From Flavobacteriia bacterium (GTDB taxonomy: Bacteria > Bacteroidota > Bacteroidia > Flavobacteriales > Flavobacteriaceae): a stretch of DNA of 41,449 nucleotides. Positions 36,871 through 41,449 of the stretch are shown piece after piece. The position numbers and the translations under genes were made by a program. How positions within the stretch are numbered: position 1 is the stretch's first letter; the number at the start of each line of letters is the position of its first letter. The notes beneath the pieces are model-generated. The model was not told the DNA's origin and did not search any database. It saw only the letters and a list, made by a program, of their open reading frames with translations. The stretch lies in the NCBI GenBank assembly GCA_030626085.1, contig DAOUPQ010000001.1:1-41449 (forward strand), written 5' to 3'.

Positions 36871-38358
36871 ATGAAAACAAAACTACCTAATCAAAATCTT
36901 CTTAAAAGATCTCGAAAAAAGTTACGTATAAAATATAAATTGACATCTGTTGAAAGAAGAGAATATTTTTCAACTGAAAACAGGACTCGAATTGTTGTAG
37001 ATGGACAAAGTGGAGAATTCACTATTGGTGAAATTTGTTTAAGGGAAGGTATTACACCTATTATTTTTAATCAATGGAGTAAAGATTTTTTAGAGAATAC
37101 TTCTGAAAACAGAATAGATCTGCGACCTGTTAAGAAATCTTTTTCTGATGATGACAGATATAGAATAGTTTTAGAAGGGAATAATGGTACCTATAGTATT
37201 GCTGAGATTTGTAAAAAAGAAAATATTGCTCAAGATGAATTTTTAAAATGGAGTGATGAATTTCTTCAGATAAAAAAGAAGAGAAAGAATAGAGAAAGAG
37301 CTAATGATTTCCATACAATTAAGATAAAGGAATTAATTGAAAATCTTGTTGGGGAAGATATATTAGAATATTTTGAGAGTTTTATTGATGTTACCTCCAA
37401 AGAAACAATTGTTATACAGCATCATCATACATGTTCAAAGGATAAAACGCTAAAGAATAAATCAAATTTGGTTTGTTTGTCCAGAATCAATGATATAAGA
37501 AATATCAATAAACATTTTGAGTTAATTAATTCAAAATTACCGCAAGGAGGTGTTTTTATTGGTTGTTTAGAAACTCTGACTGCAAGAAGAGAAAGAAACA
37601 ATAACAAAGGGATTCCTATTTTAAATGATCTGTACATGGGTTTAGAGTTTCTGTTTAAACGAGTTATTCCAAAATTAAATGTTACTAAAAAGTACTATTT
37701 TAATTTAACAAAAGGTAAAGGTAGATTATTATCTAAAGCAGAAGGATTAGGGAGATTGGTAAGTTGTGGCTTTAAGATCATGGATCATAAAAATATAAAT
37801 GGCCTGACTTATTTTATTGTAAAAAAAGATAAAGAGCCTACATTTGATTTGAATCCGAGCTATGGACCAATCTATAAAATGCCTAGAATAGGTAAAAACG
37901 GTAAAATTATTAAGGTTTATAAATTTAGAACCATGCATCCTTATAGTGAATATTTACAAGACTATGTTTTGAAGTCAAACGGATATGCAGAAACCGGTAA
38001 GCCCGCAGAAGATTTTAGGATACCCATATGGGGAAAGTTTTTTAGAAGGTTTTGGTTTGATGAAATCCCTCAATTGATTAATGTCTTAAAAGGTGATATG
38101 AAATTAGTAGGTATTCGTCCTGTTTCTAAAAGGTATTTTCAAGATATTCCTAAAGAAATGCAAAAATTACGTTTAACCCAAAAGCCGGGTTGTATTCCAC
38201 CCTATGTGGCATTAAACCGTGATGGAAATGTAATGAGTGTTTTACAATCTGAAAAAGATTATTTAGAAGAAAAAATAAGAAACCCATATTTTGCAGATAC
38301 AAAATACTTTTTTAAAGCAATATTTAATATTATTTTTAAGCATAAACGCAGTGCATAA
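36871..38358 (+). CDS. Bacterial sugar transferase (phosphoglycosyl-transferase-like) with two N-terminal IS3-OrfA-like HTH repeats
   Basis: C-terminal RIGKNGKIIKVYKFRTM and FDEIPQLINVLKGDMKLVGIRP...KPG. N-terminal repeats at aa 33-74 and 91-132 have the form FS...R.RIV..G..G...I.EIC..E.I....F..WS..FL. Confidence 0.85.
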   Translation: MKTKLPNQNLLKRSRKKLRIKYKLTSVERREYFSTENRTRIVVDGQSGEFTIGEICLREGITPIIFNQWSKDFLENTSENRIDLRPVKKSFSDDDRYRIVLEGNNGTYSIAEICKKENIAQDEFLKWSDEFLQIKKKRKNRERANDFHTIKIKELIENLVGEDILEYFESFIDVTSKETIVIQHHHTCSKDKTLKNKSNLVCLSRINDIRNINKHFELINSKLPQGGVFIGCLETLTARRERNNNKGIPILNDLYMGLEFLFKRVIPKLNVTKKYYFNLTKGKGRLLSKAEGLGRLVSCGFKIMDHKNINGLTYFIVKKDKEPTFDLNPSYGPIYKMPRIGKNGKIIKVYKFRTMHPYSEYLQDYVLKSNGYAETGKPAEDFRIPIWGKFFRRFWFDEIPQLINVLKGDMKLVGIRPVSKRYFQDIPKEMQKLRLTQKPGCIPPYVALNRDGNVMSVLQSEKDYLEEKIRNPYFADTKYFFKAIFNIIFKHKRSA

Positions 38359-38482
38359 ATTTATTTTATAGATAAATATTAATACTATTTAACAATTTTC
38401 TTATTTTTGAACGTTATTTATATGATATTGTAAGTATGTCTATTCTGAATTGATAACGGATAAACAAACCTAATTTTTATGT

Positions 38483-40855
38483 ATGGAATTTGATAGTAAT
38501 TTTAATGATGAACATTTTGATGAATCAGTAGGTGTAAGGGAAATATTAGAAAAATATTTGATTCATTTTAAATGGTTTATTTTAAGTATATTAGTATTTG
38601 GTGTATTATTTTTTATAAAATTGCACTATGAAGTACCCATGTACAACGTTAGTGCTTCTATTCTTATTAAGGAACAACAAAGAGGTAATTCAATTGCTAA
38701 TCTGACTGCATTTGAAGACCTTGGTTTGTTTGCAAGTGGAGATAATAGTTTGGAGAATGAAATGCAGATTTTAAAATCACGTAAATTGAATTCAATAACT
38801 GTTGAAGAGCTAAAATTAAATATAAGATATTTTATTGAGGATAGTCCTTTTGATACTGAACAGTTTCCCAATTTTCCAATAATTTTAAACTTTAAATCTG
38901 ATTCATCTACAGTTAAAAACATTTCTTCAAAATTTGAAATTATTATAATATCTAAGGATAAATTTAAATTTATTGATTTTGATAAAAATTCATATGTGGT
39001 CAAGTTATTTAAGGAAGATTTTTCTGCAAATTTGGGGAATAAAGAAAGATCTGATAAAAGGATTATTAATATTAGTTTAAATAATGATTTTGGTGAAGAT
39101 CTCATTGGTAAAAAAGTTAAAGTTAAGATTAGTTCAGTTAATGAAACCATAGATAGTTATATAGGTAGATTGGAAATTGAGCCGGTTGATGAAATATTAT
39201 CAAATGTCTTAAAAATAACAATGGATAATGAAGTTATTCCAAAAGGAATTGCATTTATTAATAATTTGATTGAGCAATACAATGCGGATGGTATTATTGA
39301 TAAAAATTTAATTGCTCAGTCGACTACTAATTTTTTAGATGAAAGATTGCTTTTGATCTCAAAGGAATTGAAGGCTATTGAAACAATGGCCTATCAGTAT
39401 AAATCCAATAGAGGAATGGTAGGTGTTAATGCGGGTGCATCAAATATCTATTTGCAATCTTCTTCTATAGCTGAAAGTGAAACGCTTGTTGTAAACACCC
39501 AATTAACTTTAGTAAATTATATGTTGGAAGAGTTAAATAAAAGTAATCTTACCGATCCACTTCCAGGTAATATTGGATTATCAGACCCATCAATTATAGA
39601 CATGATAGGCAAATATAATAATTTGGTATTACAGAGAAACAGAATATTAAAAAGCTCAACAACAAAAAATCCACTAATTACAAATATTGATTCTCAATTA
39701 AATATTTTAAAGAATAATTTAAAAGCTAGTTTCAAAACTTTAAGATCATCAGCTCAAATTCAATTAGATGGATTGACTAGACAAAGAGGTCAAATAAGTT
39801 CTAAAATTTCATCTGTACCTAAACATGAAAAAGAACTTAAGGAAATTGTTCGACAACAAGAGACAAAAAATGCACTTTATTTGTTTTTATTACAAAAAAG
39901 AGAAGAATCCATTATATCAAATGCAGTAAGCATCGAGAAAGCTAAGATAATTGATGAGGCTTATAGTAATGGGCGAAAGATTTCACCAAAAAAAATGACA
40001 AACTATATAGGGGCTATTATATTAGGTTTATTAATTCCTTTTTTAATTATATATATTAAAGACCTATTGGATGTCAAAGTACATGATGAAAGAGATATAA
40101 AAAAATTAAGAATCCCATATATTGGTGATATACCTTTGGTGACTTCTAAAAAGAATTTATTTGTATCAGAAGGAGATAACTCAAATGTAGCTGAAGCATT
40201 CCGTTTTATTAGAACCAATATCAACTTTATGTTAGATAGAAAAGATGTGGGAAAAACTGTATTTATTACATCAACTCTTAGTAAAGAGGGGAAAACTTTT
40301 ACTGCTATTAATCTAGCATCTTCTTTGGCCATTTCTGGTAAAAAAACTTTGCTTATAGCAATGGATGTAAGAGCACCTAAAATAAATAAATATTTAGATT
40401 TAGAAGAGATGCTTGGAGTTACTAATTATATAAAAAATAATGGATTAGCAGTTGAAGATATTATTGGATCTAATTCGAAACTTGAGAATCTACATATAAT
40501 TAATTCCGGAGACATACCCCCAAATCCGGTTGAATTATTAATGAGCAATCGAGTTCAGGAAATATTTGATTATGCAAAAGATAATTATGAATACATTATT
40601 GTGGATACTGCACCTGTCGGTATGGTAACTGATACAATTCAGATAAGTAATTATGCAGATCTAACTATATATGTTGTCAAAGCTAATTTTATAGATAAAC
40701 GAATGCTACATATACCTAAAAAACTTCATAAAGAACAAAAATTACACAATATGGCTATTTTAATCAATGGTTCTGATTATACTAAAGGAGCTTATGGATA
40801 TGGATATGGATATGGCAATAAGAAGAAAAAACCTTGGTATAAAAAGATAATTTAA
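38483..40855 (+). CDS. wzc: Polysaccharide co-polymerase / tyrosine autokinase Wzc
   Basis: Two TM segments flanking a coiled-coil periplasmic domain; AEAFRFIRTN, Walker A SKEGKT, DVRAP, PPNPVELL, IIVDTAP and a YGYGYGY tail. Confidence 0.93.
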   Translation: MEFDSNFNDEHFDESVGVREILEKYLIHFKWFILSILVFGVLFFIKLHYEVPMYNVSASILIKEQQRGNSIANLTAFEDLGLFASGDNSLENEMQILKSRKLNSITVEELKLNIRYFIEDSPFDTEQFPNFPIILNFKSDSSTVKNISSKFEIIIISKDKFKFIDFDKNSYVVKLFKEDFSANLGNKERSDKRIINISLNNDFGEDLIGKKVKVKISSVNETIDSYIGRLEIEPVDEILSNVLKITMDNEVIPKGIAFINNLIEQYNADGIIDKNLIAQSTTNFLDERLLLISKELKAIETMAYQYKSNRGMVGVNAGASNIYLQSSSIAESETLVVNTQLTLVNYMLEELNKSNLTDPLPGNIGLSDPSIIDMIGKYNNLVLQRNRILKSSTTKNPLITNIDSQLNILKNNLKASFKTLRSSAQIQLDGLTRQRGQISSKISSVPKHEKELKEIVRQQETKNALYLFLLQKREESIISNAVSIEKAKIIDEAYSNGRKISPKKMTNYIGAIILGLLIPFLIIYIKDLLDVKVHDERDIKKLRIPYIGDIPLVTSKKNLFVSEGDNSNVAEAFRFIRTNINFMLDRKDVGKTVFITSTLSKEGKTFTAINLASSLAISGKKTLLIAMDVRAPKINKYLDLEEMLGVTNYIKNNGLAVEDIIGSNSKLENLHIINSGDIPPNPVELLMSNRVQEIFDYAKDNYEYIIVDTAPVGMVTDTIQISNYADLTIYVVKANFIDKRMLHIPKKLHKEQKLHNMAILINGSDYTKGAYGYGYGYGNKKKKPWYKKII

Positions 40856-41105
40856 TCTCCAATAATATAGGAAATATAAAATATTTTTGGGTTTCAATAA
40901 TTTTGAACGTATTTGGTCAGAATCCAATATTTATTTTTATTCAAAAAATACAATTAAATTGCAATATAAATATTTCTAAAACATGTTAATCTTAATTTAA
41001 AAATAAACATTTTAAGTTAGAATATAAATACATTTTTTGAGTTAGTCATTTACTTTCCGTAACTTGTGGTCAACAGAAGTTTGATTTTTAACACTTGCCA
41101 TGAAG

Positions 41106-41120
41106 GCCCCTTTTAGGGGC
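41106..41120. other. GC-rich hairpin in the intergenic region after wzc
   Basis: GCCCC-TTTTA-GGGGC in an otherwise very AT-rich spacer. No immediate U-tract, so the function is unclear. Confidence 0.3.
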
Positions 41121-41201
41121 TAGTCAAAGCCACTTTCTAAGAAGGTGTGATTTTTACTAATAAAATTTAATAAAATAAGGTATAAACAGCATGAAAATAT
41201 T

Positions 41202-41209
41202 TACATTTG
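41202..41209 (+). promoter_or_regulatory. Possible Bacteroidota sigma-A -7 element
   Basis: TACATTTG matches TAnnTTTG about 50 nt before the 41261 start. No clear -33 TTTG. Confidence 0.35.
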
Positions 41210-41260
41210 TATTATTACTAGTAGAGTAATATGAAAAATTTATAATTTAAAATATTTGTT

Positions 41261-41449
41261 ATGATAAAAAATATACTTTTTACTTTTTTGATAGTTTTCT
41301 CCTCTTTTGTTGTTCAAGGTCAAATAACTTTAACTACAAACTCAACAAATGGAGCTTGGACGACTCCGAGTTCTTTACAAGCAAATGTAAATTCAGGAGA
41401 TTTACTTCATTGGGAGGCTACAAATGGATTGATAGGTACATTAACAGCA
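41261..41449 (+). CDS. 5' end of a secreted protein (runs off the window)
   Basis: The frame MIKNILFTFLIVFSSFVVQG|QITLTTNSTNGAW... is open to the window end, with a Sec signal peptide and Gln at +1 as is common in Bacteroidota. Confidence 0.7.
   Translation, partial: MIKNILFTFLIVFSSFVVQGQITLTTNSTNGAWTTPSSLQANVNSGDLLHWEATNGLIGTLTA

Noticed and set aside
36871-37270. Active IS3 element inserted in the sugar transferase
   Set aside because: No OrfB integrase, frameshift signal or terminal repeats; the HTH-like repeats are in frame and diverged.
4952-40332. All minus-strand ORFs in the track (e.g. 4952-5161, 21276-21536, 29781-30182, 38626-39150, 40003-40332)
   Set aside because: They lie antisense to well-supported + strand genes and show no recognisable motifs; they are shadow ORFs.
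40790-40817. GGATAT/GGCAAT tandem repeat
   Set aside because: It simply encodes the YGYGYG tyrosine cluster of Wzc.
1-41449. CRISPR array, tRNA, rRNA or riboswitch
   Set aside because: No regularly spaced repeats or recognisable structured-RNA signatures were seen by eye. A covariance-model scan was not possible.

Overview
AT-rich Bacteroidota-type (probably Flavobacteriaceae; taxon inferred from gene style only) Wzx/Wzy-dependent capsule/exopolysaccharide locus. Every credible gene is on the + strand. The window opens with the 3' end of an IS982-family transposase. Next come a WbpB-like oxidoreductase, wzy, wzx, an LbH acetyltransferase and the UDP-L-FucNAc genes fnlA/fnlB/fnlC, which are split by an MBOAT + SGNH-like O-acylation pair. 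These are followed by three GT4 glycosyltransferases, an AsnB amidotransferase and an alkaline-phosphatase-superfamily/nucleotidyltransferase-like pair. At about 19.5-30.4 kb is a carrier-protein tailoring cassette, now partly decayed: AMP-ligase, PrmC/HemK-like methyltransferase, ACP, second AsnB, NadE-like amide synthetase, a second ligase fused by deletion to a foreign tail, an NTF2/SnoaL protein, a frameshifted second methyltransferase and several gene relics. Then come an ATP-grasp ligase, a DUF354-like protein, an AlgD-like dehydrogenase, two deacetylase-like genes and a decayed IS4 transposase. Near the end is a phosphoglycosyl-transferase-like gene carrying two tandem IS3-OrfA-like HTH repeats at its N-terminus, then wzc and the start of a secreted protein. 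The best novelty candidates are the ACP/AsnB/NadE/HemK cassette inside a capsule locus and the HTH-repeat sugar transferase fusion. All family calls come from reading motifs by eye; no searches were run.
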